NCBI GenBank assembly: GCA_947085925.1 | Contig: CAMTYI010000004.1 | Coordinates: 2,891-66,890 of the forward strand | Reading direction: 5' to 3' | DNA from: an uncultured Gammaproteobacteria bacterium | Lineage (GTDB): Bacteria > Pseudomonadota > Gammaproteobacteria > Ga0077554 > Ga007554 | Length of the DNA: 64,000 nucleotides | Notes under the pieces: model-generated | Database searches by the model: none | Told to the model about the DNA's origin: nothing | The model's input: the letters and a program-made list of their open reading frames with translations, nothing else | Translations under genes and position numbers: made by a program | Shown: positions 21,786 to 31,952 of the stretch, in pieces | Position numbering within the stretch: position 1 is the first letter of the stretch | Layout: each line of letters opens with the position of its first letter

Positions 21786-22172
21786 GTGATATATTGTGGT
21801 ATCCAACGGGTTACTGGAGATAAGCTGATGTCGTTACGATTGCGGAAGAATAAAGCATCACCGCCACCCCCGGCGTGCCCACTCACCGAATGCATGGCTA
21901 TTTTGGGCGGCGCCTGGACACCCAATGTGATCTGGTATTTGAGTGAGGGCCCACGCCGCTTCGGTGAATTACGGCATGACATTCCACGAATATCTGCCAA
22001 AGTCCTTAGTGCGCGCTTGAAAGAGCTTGAGGGACAGGGCGTAATCGCGCGTCGGGTCATGCCGACGTCTCCACCTTCTGTCGAGTACACACTCACTGAA
22101 CTGGGACGGGAGTTGATTCCTGCCATCAACGCCATCGTCGAGGTCGGCTCAAAGCTCAAGAAAAAACGTTAA
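21786..22172 (+). CDS. HxlR-family transcriptional regulator
   Basis: CP..ECMAILGG.WTPNVIWYLSEGPRRFGELR...P..IS.KVLS.RLKELE pattern. Divergent from the NTF2-like/tautomerase/SDR genes. Confidence 0.75.
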   Translation: MIYCGIQRVTGDKLMSLRLRKNKASPPPPACPLTECMAILGGAWTPNVIWYLSEGPRRFGELRHDIPRISAKVLSARLKELEGQGVIARRVMPTSPPSVEYTLTELGRELIPAINAIVEVGSKLKKKR

Positions 22173-22285
22173 AGAGCAGAAGTCCATGGTATGGTGGCTG
22201 GTGGCTAACAAGCCCAACCGGGCGCGCAAAAGCAGCGCCCCAGTTAGCATGGCGTTAGGCATCAGAGAATTGATCACACCGGCAA

Positions 22286-22846
22286 ATGACCAAGCTAATC
22301 GAGTTCGAGACAGAACGCCTCTTTATACGTCAGTGGAAACCCTCTGACCGCGAACCATTTGCCGTGCTCAACGCAGACCCAAGGGTCATGGCGTTTTTTC
22401 CATCGACGCTCACGCGCAGCGACAGTGACGCGATGGCTGACCGTTGCCAATCACTCATTGAAGAACGCGGCTGGGGTTTGTGGGCTGCCGAGTCCAAGGC
22501 CACGCAAGAGATCATCGGGTTTGTTGGATTGCACATCCCGATTCCCGAGCTTCCGTTCTCCCCTTGTGTAGAAGTGGGTTGGCGGCTCGCCTTTCAACAC
22601 TGGGGCAAAGGCTTTGCTACGGAGGCTGCGCGGGGCGCTCTTCGTGTTGGCTTCGAGCTACTCAGCTTGCCGGAAATCGTGTCTTTCTGCGCCGTTCAAC
22701 ATTTCAAATCGCGCGCGGTTATGGCGCGTCTCGGTATGCGGGAATCTGGCAGCTTCGAGCATCCCAGTGTGCCCATCGGCAGCATGATCCGGCAACACTG
22801 CTTATACCGGTTATCGCGCGTGCATTGGAAGGCGCACGCCGCGTAA
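22286..22846 (+). CDS. GNAT N-acetyltransferase (RimJ/RimL-like)
   Basis: TERLFIRQW...GFVGL...GWRLAFQHWGKGFATEAA acetyl-CoA binding pattern. Confidence 0.8.
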   Translation: MTKLIEFETERLFIRQWKPSDREPFAVLNADPRVMAFFPSTLTRSDSDAMADRCQSLIEERGWGLWAAESKATQEIIGFVGLHIPIPELPFSPCVEVGWRLAFQHWGKGFATEAARGALRVGFELLSLPEIVSFCAVQHFKSRAVMARLGMRESGSFEHPSVPIGSMIRQHCLYRLSRVHWKAHAA

Positions 22847-22963
22847 CCTTTCATTAATACGAGACGCATGGGCCAATGGCGCGGTGATCTGTTTCCTTGT
22901 TTTGCATTACGTGCCTGTGCGATGATTTAAGCAGGATCATGCTGCAAACCGGGCACCCGCACT

Positions 22964-23701
22964 ATGATGGACCAGGAAAGTCACGCAAGGCCGGGGTTGC
23001 GCCCTATCTTCGAAGCACATGATCTGACCAAGACCTATCAAATGGGCGAGGTTGAGGTGCAGGCCTTGCGCGGCGTGAGTCTTAACCTTTATGCCGGTGA
23101 ATTCGTGGTGCTGCTTGGACCCTCTGGCAGCGGTAAATCTACTTTGCTCAATATCCTCGGCGGATTAGATACGCCCACTACCGGCACGGTACGTTATGGT
23201 GATCATGACTTGAGCATATACGATGACGCGGCTTTAACGCGTTATCGCCGCGAGCATGTAGGCTTCGTGTTTCAGTTCTACAATCTTATCCCAAGCCTCA
23301 CGGCGCGCGAGAATGTCGCGCTGGTCACGGAAATCGCCGACAACCCCATGACGCCTGAGGAGGCGCTGGCGCTCGTCGGGCTTGCTGCGCGCATGGATCA
23401 TTTTCCCTCACAGATGTCGGGCGGCGAGCAGCAGCGTGTCGCCATCGCGCGCGCGGTGGCGAAGCGTCCTCAAGTATTGTTGTGCGACGAGCCTACAGGC
23501 GCTCTGGATGCGCAAACCGGCGTGCTGGTGCTGGACGTAATCGCGCGCGTGAATCGCGAGCTGGGCACGACCACCGCCGTTATCACACACAACGCCGTGA
23601 TCGCCGCCATGGCCGATCGCGTGGTGTATGTGAGCGACGGTCAGGTGTCGCGCATTGAAAGCAACACCCACAAGAAGATGGCGGCCGAACTGCATTGGTG
23701 A
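22964..23701 (+). CDS. ABC transporter ATP-binding protein (YbbA/LolD/MacB-type)
   Basis: Walker [10 protein letters not shown], signature [14 protein letters not shown], Walker [12 protein letters not shown]. Confidence 0.85.
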   Translation: MMDQESHARPGLRPIFEAHDLTKTYQMGEVEVQALRGVSLNLYAGEFVVLLGPSGSGKSTLLNILGGLDTPTTGTVRYGDHDLSIYDDAALTRYRREHVGFVFQFYNLIPSLTARENVALVTEIADNPMTPEEALALVGLAARMDHFPSQMSGGEQQRVAIARAVAKRPQVLLCDEPTGALDAQTGVLVLDVIARVNRELGTTTAVITHNAVIAAMADRVVYVSDGQVSRIESNTHKKMAAELHW

Positions 23702-23705
23702 CCCT

Positions 23706-26069
23706 ATGCGTGCGTTGGATCGAAAACTGTGGCGCGATTTGTGGCAGATGAGGGGCCAAGCCCTGGCCATTGGTCTGGTGGTGATGTGTGGTGTTGGCAC
23801 CTACATCATGTTTCTCACCACGCTGGGGGCGCTACGCGCGTCACAAGACAGCTATTACCGTGAGTATCGCTTCGCGGAGGTATTCGTCTCTCTGAAACGG
23901 GCGCCGGAAGTGCTTCGGCAGCGAATTCTGGATATCCCGGGCGTAGATCAAGTGGAGACACGGGTGATTGCGCAGCTTCGGCTGGACATGCCTGATTTCG
24001 TCGAGCCTGTGACGGCGATGATGATGTCCCTGCCCGATAGCGGCCATCAGGGGCTGAACGCGCTGTACCTGCGTCAGGGCCGCCTGCCCGCACCGGGTCG
24101 CGCCGATGAGGCGGTGGTAAGTAGCCCGTTCGCACAGGCCCACGGATTGAAGCTCGGGGATCGTTTTTACGCCATCCTTAACGGCCGCCGTCAGGCGCTG
24201 ACCATGGTCGGCGCCGCGCTGTCGCCAGAGTTCGTACAACAACTGCGTCCGGGTTCGGTATTCCCCGATCACAAGCGTTACGGCGTGCTGTGGATGGGGC
24301 GCCGCGCCCTGGGTCAGGCCTATGACCTGGAGAGCGCATTTAACGATGTGGCGCTGAGCTTGCGACCCGGAGCCGACGCGCAGAGGGTCATCGACAACGT
24401 AGATGAACTGCTCAAGCCTTACGGCGGATTGGGTGCCTACGCACGCAAGGATCAGCGTTCGCACCGGTTCCTGTCCGAGGAATTTCAGCAACTCGGAACG
24501 CTCGCGAGCCTGTTTCCTGCCATGTTCATGGGCATTGCCGCGTTTTTGCTCAATGTGGTGATCAGCCGGATGGTGGCGATGCAACGTGAACAGATCGCCA
24601 CGCTCAAAGCCTTCGGCTATGGCAATGGTGCGGTATTGGGGCACTACCTCAAACTCGTATCGGTGATCGTCGGCGCGGGCATTCTGACCGGTATCGCGCT
24701 GGGTGTGTGGCTGGCGAAGATGCTGTCTGGCATCTACATGGAATTCTATCGATTTCCCTATTTAAAATTCTCGCTGGAGTCCGCAACGGTGGTGGAGGCC
24801 AGCGTGGCAAGCCTGCTGGCGGCAGCAGCGGGAACGCTGTTCGCCGTGTGGAACGCCGCAAAGCTGCGGCCAGCGCAGGCCATGCGCCCTGAACCACCCA
24901 CACGCTATCGCGAGGCGTGGGTGGAGACAATAGGGTTCAGGCACTGGCTTTCACAACCCACCCGCATGATTGTCCGCCACATCCAGCGTCGTGCAGTGAA
25001 ATCCATGCTGACTGTTCTTGGCATCGCATTGGCATGCGGCATCATCCTCACCGGCCTGTTTCAGCGCGACACGATGAGCTATATGGTGAATGTCCAGTTT
25101 GGGTTGTCGCAGCGCGAAGATCTCTCCGTTACCTTCACCGACCCCACCAGCCAACGCGCGCGTTTCGATTTATTGAGCTTGCCGGGCGTGCAGCATGTGG
25201 AGGTGTTTCGTGCGGTACCGGTACGCTTGCGTCATGGCTATCGCACCTATCGCACCGGCATACGCGGTGTGGAGCCGGGTGGTGATCTCCAGCGGCTTCT
25301 GGATGCGGGGTTGCATCCCGTCACCTTGCCGGAAGACGGCATATTGCTTACCGATCACCTCGGCAAGATACTGAATGTGCGTCCGGGCGACCGTCTTGTA
25401 GTGGAGGTACTGGAGGGCAATCGGCCGGTACGCGAGACCACCGTGGTTGGCCTGGTTAAGGAATATCTGGGCGTATCAGGCTACATGGATCTTGCCGCAT
25501 TGAACCGCTTCATGCGCGAGGGGCCGACGCTATCCGGCGCTTATCTCAGCGTGGACAGCGCGCACCTGCAGGCGTTGTTCACCCAACTTAAAAACATGCC
25601 GCGCATCGCCGGCGTGGCGGAGCGCAAGCAAGAGATTCGAAACTTTAATCGCGTCATGCAGGAGACCATGCTGTTCTTTACCTATGTCGCCACCGTGTTC
25701 TCCGTCATCATTGCCTTTGGCGTGGTGTACAACAGCGCCCGCATTGCACTCAGTGAACGCAGCCACGAACTGGCGAGCCTGCGCGTGCTGGGCTTCACGC
25801 GCGGCGAGATTTCTTACATACTCCTCGGTGAGATGGGTATCCTGACACTCATCGCCATTCCGCTCGGTTTATGGTTGGGATATTGGATGTGTTATTACAT
25901 TGCGCACAACATGCAAAACGATCTTTTTCGCGTGCCGGTTGTACTGGCCCCCGCAACCTATGCCTTTGCTGTGACGGTCGTGCTGATCTCTTCTGCATTG
26001 TCGGGCTTGATCGTGCGCCGCAGGCTGGATCAACTCGATCTTATTGGCGTGCTGAAGACGGCGGAGTGA
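23706..26069 (+). CDS. large FtsX-family ABC permease (YbbP-like, two FtsX domains, ~800 aa)
   Basis: Two TM bundles with FtsX-like C-terminal motifs. Size and pairing match E. coli YbbA/YbbP. Start set at the ATG at 23706 just after the ATPase stop. Confidence 0.75.
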   Translation: MRALDRKLWRDLWQMRGQALAIGLVVMCGVGTYIMFLTTLGALRASQDSYYREYRFAEVFVSLKRAPEVLRQRILDIPGVDQVETRVIAQLRLDMPDFVEPVTAMMMSLPDSGHQGLNALYLRQGRLPAPGRADEAVVSSPFAQAHGLKLGDRFYAILNGRRQALTMVGAALSPEFVQQLRPGSVFPDHKRYGVLWMGRRALGQAYDLESAFNDVALSLRPGADAQRVIDNVDELLKPYGGLGAYARKDQRSHRFLSEEFQQLGTLASLFPAMFMGIAAFLLNVVISRMVAMQREQIATLKAFGYGNGAVLGHYLKLVSVIVGAGILTGIALGVWLAKMLSGIYMEFYRFPYLKFSLESATVVEASVASLLAAAAGTLFAVWNAAKLRPAQAMRPEPPTRYREAWVETIGFRHWLSQPTRMIVRHIQRRAVKSMLTVLGIALACGIILTGLFQRDTMSYMVNVQFGLSQREDLSVTFTDPTSQRARFDLLSLPGVQHVEVFRAVPVRLRHGYRTYRTGIRGVEPGGDLQRLLDAGLHPVTLPEDGILLTDHLGKILNVRPGDRLVVEVLEGNRPVRETTVVGLVKEYLGVSGYMDLAALNRFMREGPTLSGAYLSVDSAHLQALFTQLKNMPRIAGVAERKQEIRNFNRVMQETMLFFTYVATVFSVIIAFGVVYNSARIALSERSHELASLRVLGFTRGEISYILLGEMGILTLIAIPLGLWLGYWMCYYIAHNMQNDLFRVPVVLAPATYAFAVTVVLISSALSGLIVRRRLDQLDLIGVLKTAE

Positions 26070-26073
26070 CCGT

Positions 26074-27276
26074 ATGAAGAACCAGGTTCAATGGCGTAGG
26101 CGCATCGTACTGGCCGTTATTGCAATGCTGATCGGCGTGGGACTTTTCTATGGATTTCGTCCGCAACCCGTGGCGGTGGATATGGGCGTGGCGCTGCGTG
26201 GTCCGCTGCGCGTCAGCGTCGAGCAAGAGGGCAGGACCCGCGTGGTCGATCGCTATGTAATCTCATCGCCCGTGGCCGCCTATGCGCGGCGAATTGACCT
26301 TGACGTGGGCGACATGGTGCAGCGCGGTGTGGCCCTGGTTCGTCTCGAACCGCTGCGCGCCGAAGTATTGGACGTGCGACGTCGCGCCGAAGCGGAAGCC
26401 CGGGTCGCCGCCGCGCAAGCCAACATCAGTGCCGCCGAACAGCGTGTACAGGCCGCGCGGGCCGACGCCGAGTTGGCACAAAAGGAACTCGTGCGTATAC
26501 GCACCTTGCGCGTCGGCGGACACGTAACCGCAGCAGCGGAGGACCGCGCGGCAGCCGAGGCGGAGCGCACGGCGTCGGAGCTGCGTTCGGCACACTTCGC
26601 TGTGGATACTGCGCGATACGAGAGGGTGGCCGCACGCACGGCCTTGCAATACGGCGCCGCAGACGGTGCGATAGCGCCCATCGTGGTGCATGCGCCGGTG
26701 GCGGGGCGAGTGCTCGCTATCCCTCGCAAGAGCGAAGGCGTGGTCACAGCAGGACAACCGCTCATGGAAATCGGCGATCCGCAGGCATTGGAAGTCGAGG
26801 TTGACGTCCTCTCGGCAGATGCGGTACGCATGCAGCCAGGGACCAAAGTCGTGTTTGAGCGCTGGGGTGGGAAGGGTGTGCTGGAAGGCGCCGTGCGCGT
26901 GGTGGAACCGATCGGATTCACCAAGGTTTCGGCGCTGGGCGTGGAAGAACAGCGTGTGTGGGTCATTGTTTCCTTCACCTCACCCGCTGCGCGTTGGGAG
27001 AAATTGGGCAGCGGTTACCACGTCGAGTCCAGCTTCATCCTCTGGGAGGACAAGGATGTCCTTCAAGTACCGGCAAGCGCTTTGTTCCATGACGGCGCGG
27101 AGTGGGCGCTTTTTATGGTGCAACAAGATAAGGCGGTGAAACGCCGCGTGCAAGTCGGACAACGCAATGGTCTAAGCGCCCAGATAATCTCCGGCATTAA
27201 CGAAGGCAATCAGGTCATTCTCCACCCCGACGATCAAGTACGAGATGGCGTGCGCGTGGTTGCGCGGGGTGATTGA
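26074..27276 (+). CDS. HlyD-family periplasmic adaptor (membrane fusion protein)
   Basis: N-terminal TM, long coiled-coil (EAEARVAAAQANISAAEQRVQAAR...) and beta-barrel C-terminal region. Confidence 0.8.
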   Translation: MKNQVQWRRRIVLAVIAMLIGVGLFYGFRPQPVAVDMGVALRGPLRVSVEQEGRTRVVDRYVISSPVAAYARRIDLDVGDMVQRGVALVRLEPLRAEVLDVRRRAEAEARVAAAQANISAAEQRVQAARADAELAQKELVRIRTLRVGGHVTAAAEDRAAAEAERTASELRSAHFAVDTARYERVAARTALQYGAADGAIAPIVVHAPVAGRVLAIPRKSEGVVTAGQPLMEIGDPQALEVEVDVLSADAVRMQPGTKVVFERWGGKGVLEGAVRVVEPIGFTKVSALGVEEQRVWVIVSFTSPAARWEKLGSGYHVESSFILWEDKDVLQVPASALFHDGAEWALFMVQQDKAVKRRVQVGQRNGLSAQIISGINEGNQVILHPDDQVRDGVRVVARGD

Positions 27277-27364
27277 GCGGGCAATCCGGGATACGACGGT
27301 GTGGCCGACCCCTCGCGGATTACGCTATCACTCCGTCCGGGCTACCTCACTAACCGTTTTAAAA

Positions 27365-28021
27365 CTATACGCAGACACGCCCCGTTGGGCACGCCACTCC
27401 AGTGCCACCCAAGCCGCAATAACCACCAGGATTTTTCGCCAGATATTGCTGGTGGTAGTCTTCCGCATAATAAAATTCCGGCGAGTCCATGATCTCGGCA
27501 GTGATTGCTGCTCCATAACCTGCCGCGTTCAGCGCCTGTTGATAGGTCTCTTTTGAGGCCAGCGCTGCGGTCTTTTGAGCATCGTCACAGACATAAATTC
27601 CCGAGCGGTATTGTGTGCCGATGTCATTGCCCTGCCGCATGCCTTGGGTCGGGTCATGCGATTCCCAGAATACCTTCAGCAAATGCTCGTAGCTCACCAC
27701 GTTAGGGTCGTACACCACCCGTACCACCTCATTGTGACCGGTCATTCCGGAGCAGACCTCCTGATAGGTGGAATTCGGTGTGTAGCCGCCCGCATAGCCC
27801 ACCGCCGTGGAGTAAACGCCGTCCACCAACCAGAATTTGCGTTCCGCGCCCCAAAAACACCCCAGGCCAAACATCGCCATCGTCATACCTTCCGGGAACG
27901 GCGGCACGATACGATGGCGATTCACATAATGATATTCCGCCACCGGCATCTTCTCGTTGCGACCTGGCAGCGCCTCGTGCGGCGAGGGCATGAACAATTC
28001 TTTTCCGGGGCGAAAAAGCAT
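27365..28021 (-). CDS. msrA: peptide methionine sulfoxide reductase MsrA
   Basis: GLGCFWGAE active site. Near full-length match to E. coli MsrA. Start moved to the ATG at 28021 (MLFRPGKEL...). Confidence 0.9.
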   Translation of the reverse strand: MLFRPGKELFMPSPHEALPGRNEKMPVAEYHYVNRHRIVPPFPEGMTMAMFGLGCFWGAERKFWLVDGVYSTAVGYAGGYTPNSTYQEVCSGMTGHNEVVRVVYDPNVVSYEHLLKVFWESHDPTQGMRQGNDIGTQYRSGIYVCDDAQKTAALASKETYQQALNAAGYGAAITAEIMDSPEFYYAEDYHQQYLAKNPGGYCGLGGTGVACPTGRVCV

Positions 28022-28025
28022 CGTG

Positions 28026-28816
28026 CTATTTCCTGAAGAGCTTGACGAATAACATCTGCATTTCGTCCCAGGAGCGCCGGTCGGCCTCGGCGTTGTGCTC
28101 CAGCGGCAGGTTGAATTTCTGGCCGTAGACATCAGCATCAGGATTGGTGAAAGCATGCTTGGCGCCGGGGTAGGAAATGAACTTGTAACTCACTTTGGCT
28201 TTTTCCATTTCTTTCTTGAATTGCGCGATCTGCTCGGGCTTGACGAACGGGTCGTCCGCGCCGTTCAGCACCAACACCTTGGCCTTCACCTTGCCGCGCT
28301 GCGCGGGGTGGGCCGTGCCCAGGCTGCCATGAAAGCTCACCACGCCGTCGAGCGGCACACCCATGCGCGCCATCTCCAGCACTACGGCGCCACCGAAACA
28401 GTAGCCAATCGCCGCGATGTGGCGCGAATCGACAGTTGACTGGTTTTGCAACAGATTCATTGCCGCTAGAAAACGCGCCTTGGCGGCCTCCCTGTTCTGC
28501 GCCACCTCATTGGCAAACTTGCCCGCGTCATCCGGATGTTCGGCCTGCTGGCCGTTGCCATACATATCCACCGCCAGCGCCGTATAACCCAGCTCTGCCA
28601 GCATACGCGCCCGTTTACGCGCGTATTCGTTATGTCCCCACCACTCATGCACTACCAACACGCCGGGGCGTTTGCCCTTGATGCTGTCGTCATAGGCCAG
28701 ATAGCCTTTCAGCACCGTGCCGCCCGCTTTATAGCTAATCTCTTCGCCTTGCACCGCCGCCTGTGCGGTGGAGATTCCGGTAAAAAAAGTGCGACAATTA
28801 TCCAAAAATGTTTCAT
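28026..28816 (-). CDS. dienelactone hydrolase-family protein; apparent frameshift in an A7/T7 run after codon 11
   Basis: DLH motifs (VHEWWG, GYCFGG). The ATG at 28816 has a strong AGGAGG SD and encodes [11 protein letters not shown], which falls out of frame at the T7 run (28782-28788). One extra T would give an intact signal peptide [23 protein letters not shown]. The track's in-frame start is a TTG at 28805. Confidence 0.7.
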
Positions 28817-28829
28817 CTACTCCTCCTGA

Positions 28830-30101
28830 TTACGCTCTATCACCCAACATCCAGATTCGCGCATGCGACGCACCCGCTGTGACCTCGACAGTCTCCAGCA
28901 CGGCGTCTGTCTTGCCGTCGATCACCACCAGCGATCCAGCCTCCGCGTTGGCGGAGAACACCAGCTCCGTGACACCGTTCTGAACCAGAAAAGCCAGCGA
29001 TCCCGAAGGCCCTGCCTTGATCTCCTGGATCAGCCGCAGCTTTGGCAAGGTGGTGAGATCGAACACCAGCACCACATCGGCCTTGATGTTCACCTGCTGC
29101 TCAGGACTGCCCGAGCTGCTGGTCGTCATGTACAGCTTGGTACCTTCGGCATTGAAGTAGTACTTGCTGAAATAAATGTCTGGCAGATCGAGATTGTCCG
29201 CCACGGTGTTGGTGGCGGTATCCAGCGCGGCAATCCTGGCGATAACGTGGCTGGGGTCGGACTTGCGATCCGCGCCGCGTCCGATCAGATAACGTCCGCC
29301 CGGCGCCGCAAACAGGTTGCTGTAACCCTTGAAATTCAAGCGCTGTTCAATGACGTGTGTAACCGGGTCGATAATCGCCACCGTGCCGTAACCGCTGTTG
29401 AGGTTATAAAGCTTGCCGGCGGCCGTGGAATACGCCAGGCCATGTGGATACGCGGTGTTCGGGATCTTGTCCGCCACGCCCTCTTCGCGTTCCGGCTCGC
29501 ACAGGTTGATGGTGGCGAGCGGTTTCAGATAGCTTGCGGCATCGTTGGGGTCGTTGCCGACGACCGAGACCGTGCCATCGTTGAGATTGCTGATATAGGC
29601 GCGCTGCGGCACGCTGGATGCTGGTGTGGCAGGCGGAGTAAACGCCGCCTGATGATGGCCTCGCCCGATGCAAATGGTCTTCAGAAATGTTGCGTCGCGA
29701 CTCGCCGTGCTTGCGATAACGGTCACCGAGGAGCCTTTATCTCCGCAATTCAGGGTGTCGTTGCCGGTCGCCTTATCGCCATCGTTCATGAACCAGTCGC
29801 GGTTGGAATACGGGTCGGCATAAAGATGGGCGGGAAAGGTATCCGCCGGAAAATCCGCCTGTAGCCGAACCTCCTTGCTGCGCGGATCGAGTAGAACAAC
29901 CTGGCTGTCTTGCGTCAGTCCCGCCATAACGGGCTTGAGCAGCTTGTCCAGATCCGTGCCCGGTGCGACCGGGAGGTGCTCAATCGTGGTTTGATCGTTG
30001 TTGCGGTTTACAACATGGATGGCTCCAGTGCTACGGTCGCCGATGTAATACACCACGGAGAAATCCTGCGATGCCTTGCTTGAATTATTCATTGTCTGCA
30101 C
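28830..30101 (-). CDS. hypothetical beta-propeller (YVTN/YncE-like repeat) protein
   Basis: Repeated ~40-aa blocks with G-x-V/I-A/S-V-I-D-like strands. 13-nt gap to the DLH gene downstream. GTG at 30101 or ATG at 30092. Confidence 0.45.
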   Translation of the reverse strand: MQTMNNSSKASQDFSVVYYIGDRSTGAIHVVNRNNDQTTIEHLPVAPGTDLDKLLKPVMAGLTQDSQVVLLDPRSKEVRLQADFPADTFPAHLYADPYSNRDWFMNDGDKATGNDTLNCGDKGSSVTVIASTASRDATFLKTICIGRGHHQAAFTPPATPASSVPQRAYISNLNDGTVSVVGNDPNDAASYLKPLATINLCEPEREEGVADKIPNTAYPHGLAYSTAAGKLYNLNSGYGTVAIIDPVTHVIEQRLNFKGYSNLFAAPGGRYLIGRGADRKSDPSHVIARIAALDTATNTVADNLDLPDIYFSKYYFNAEGTKLYMTTSSSGSPEQQVNIKADVVLVFDLTTLPKLRLIQEIKAGPSGSLAFLVQNGVTELVFSANAEAGSLVVIDGKTDAVLETVEVTAGASHARIWMLGDRA

Positions 30102-30203
30102 TCGTCAAATCGTTGTGGCCCACTAACCCTAAAATGATTATTCTACACTGCTATCTATGCCATACTCGCGCGGATTTGAAAATGGATCCAGAGATTCGCC
30201 ACG

Positions 30204-30704
30204 ATGTCACGCTACCGCCCGCCACAACCCAAAGCCTCCCCCTACATCACCCCCGAGGGCTATCAATGCCTTCAGGACGAACTGGAGGCCCTGTGGAAAC
30301 GGCGCGCCGAGGTGACCAAGGCACTGACGGCTGCGGCAGCCGAGGGTGACCGCTCGGAAAACGCCGAATATATCTATCGCAAAAAAGAGCTGCGCGAGAT
30401 CGACCGGCGCATCCGTTACCTGCAGAAGCGCTTGCCGGACCTTAAAGTGGTGCGAGATACCCCGCAGGATCAAACCCGCATCTTCTTTGGTGCCTGGGCG
30501 CATCTTGAAGACGAGCACGGCAAGAAAGTGGTCTATCGCATCGTCGGCCCCGATGAATTCGACATAAAAAAGGGCTACATCAGCATAGACTCCCCCGTTG
30601 CACGCGCCTTGATGAAGAAGGCCGTGGATGACGAAGCCACGGTGCAAACGCCGGAGGGGAGCACGACCTATTACGTAACCGAAGTCCATTATCCGGGCAA
30701 GTGA
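30204..30704 (+). CDS. greB: transcription elongation factor GreB
   Basis: [29 protein letters not shown] matches the GreB coiled-coil tip. C-terminal FKBP-like domain present. Confidence 0.8.
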   Translation: MSRYRPPQPKASPYITPEGYQCLQDELEALWKRRAEVTKALTAAAAEGDRSENAEYIYRKKELREIDRRIRYLQKRLPDLKVVRDTPQDQTRIFFGAWAHLEDEHGKKVVYRIVGPDEFDIKKGYISIDSPVARALMKKAVDDEATVQTPEGSTTYYVTEVHYPGK

Positions 30705-30771
30705 ATTCCCCCAACTTTGCGATACCCAACCCAGTCATGCTAACGTTGCCTTAAAAATTCAGGATAATCCC

Positions 30772-31308
30772 ATGCAAGACATTCTCGAAAAAGCGTCACA
30801 CATCAAGCTGGTGATCTTTGACGTGGACGGCGTACTCACCGACGGCAGCCTGTACATAGACGCCGAAGGCCGGGAGCTAAAGGTGTTTCATTCGCGCGAC
30901 GGGCATGGCATGAAAATGCTGCAAAACAGCGGCGTCGATATCGCCGTAATCACCGCGCGCACCTCCGAAGCCGTCGCCCACCGCATGGACAGCCTCAATA
31001 TCAAGCATGTCTACCAGGGTCAGCAGGACAAACTCACTGCCTTTACAGTGCTATTGGAAAAGCTGGCGCTGGATGCACAACATGTGGCCTATGTCGGCGA
31101 CGACGTGATCGACCTGCCGGTAATGCAGCGTGTGGGCCTGGCAATTGCCGTGCAGGACGCCCATTATCTGGTCAAAAAACACGCCCACTGGCAAACCCCC
31201 AGCGTGGGCGGGCGCGGTGCGGCGCGGGATGTATGCGAGATGGTCATGGAAGCACAGGGGACGCTGGAGGCGCAGTTGGACAGGTATTTGGTGGTCGGCG
31301 ATTCTTGA
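30772..31308 (+). CDS. kdsC: 3-deoxy-D-manno-octulosonate 8-phosphate phosphatase
   Basis: HAD motif IKLVIFDVDGVLTDG. Canonical position before lptC. Confidence 0.8.
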   Translation: MQDILEKASHIKLVIFDVDGVLTDGSLYIDAEGRELKVFHSRDGHGMKMLQNSGVDIAVITARTSEAVAHRMDSLNIKHVYQGQQDKLTAFTVLLEKLALDAQHVAYVGDDVIDLPVMQRVGLAIAVQDAHYLVKKHAHWQTPSVGGRGAARDVCEMVMEAQGTLEAQLDRYLVVGDS

Positions 31309-31358
31309 CAGGGACTGGCCTGTTTCAGTAATGATTAGCTTACAGGATTACACAACCC

Positions 31359-31952
31359 TTGATTAATACAAGCATCCATTTTCATTGGCGATATGGGTTC
31401 ATTCTGATTGTTCTCGTCGCACTCGCCGCCCTGAGCGGGTGGCTGCTGCAATCCGCACAGACCCCGCATGCCAGTCACCCCGGATCGACGCGGCACGACC
31501 CTGATTTTTATCTGACGGACTTCACGCTGACCACCATGGACAAGGCGGGGGCGCCGCGCAACCATTTGGCCGCACCATCCATGGTACATTACGCGGACGA
31601 CGACAGCGCGCTGCTCACGCTGCCGCACATGACCGTATTCCGCAAAGGCGAGGCGCCATGGCACATCGACGCCGAGCAGGGATGGGTATCGTCGGGCGGC
31701 AAGACCGTGATACTGCACGGCAAGGTGATGATGCGTCAAACCGATCCCGCGCTGGGGCACGAGCAAACAGTGCGCACCACCGAACTGCATCTCAAACCGG
31801 ATGATGAATACGCGGAAACGGACCAGTCTGTCACCTTCAGCAATAATGCGGGCAGCGTGGTCGATGCGGTGGGGATGCGCGCCAGCCTGAAAGACGAACA
31901 CCTGCAATTGCTCTCTAAAGTACGTGGAACTTATGTATCACAAACACCTTAA
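31359..31952 (+). CDS. lptC: LPS export protein LptC
   Basis: N-terminal TM anchor plus OstA-like fold. TTG start in the ORF track and no in-frame ATG nearby, so the start is uncertain. Confidence 0.65.
   Translation: MINTSIHFHWRYGFILIVLVALAALSGWLLQSAQTPHASHPGSTRHDPDFYLTDFTLTTMDKAGAPRNHLAAPSMVHYADDDSALLTLPHMTVFRKGEAPWHIDAEQGWVSSGGKTVILHGKVMMRQTDPALGHEQTVRTTELHLKPDDEYAETDQSVTFSNNAGSVVDAVGMRASLKDEHLQLLSKVRGTYVSQTP

Noticed and set aside
23841-24644. 267-aa antisense ORF within the FtsX permease gene. Similar long antisense ORFs lie at 26280-26978, 33470-34249, 40215-41167, 47506-48183, 15415-16098, 28863-29864 and 16843-17472.
   Set aside because: These are typical stop-codon-poor antisense frames in GC-rich coding DNA. 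Each overlaps a gene with clear family assignment on the other strand, and the translations are Arg/Ala/Pro-rich low-complexity.
28805-28807. ORF-track start codons at DLH 28805, rubrerythrin 50378, lptC 31359, lptA 31924 and dnaA 41922
   Set aside because: These are TTG/GTG codons reported as M by the track. Where a nearby ATG with a better SD and homology-consistent N-terminus existed I used it instead. dnaA GTG and lptC TTG were kept for lack of alternatives.
30102-30203. AAAATGATTATTCTA in the greB/propeller divergent region as a third Fur-like site
   Set aside because: Only a half-palindrome, and it matches the shared 13-mer at 7/13 positions. Too weak to call.
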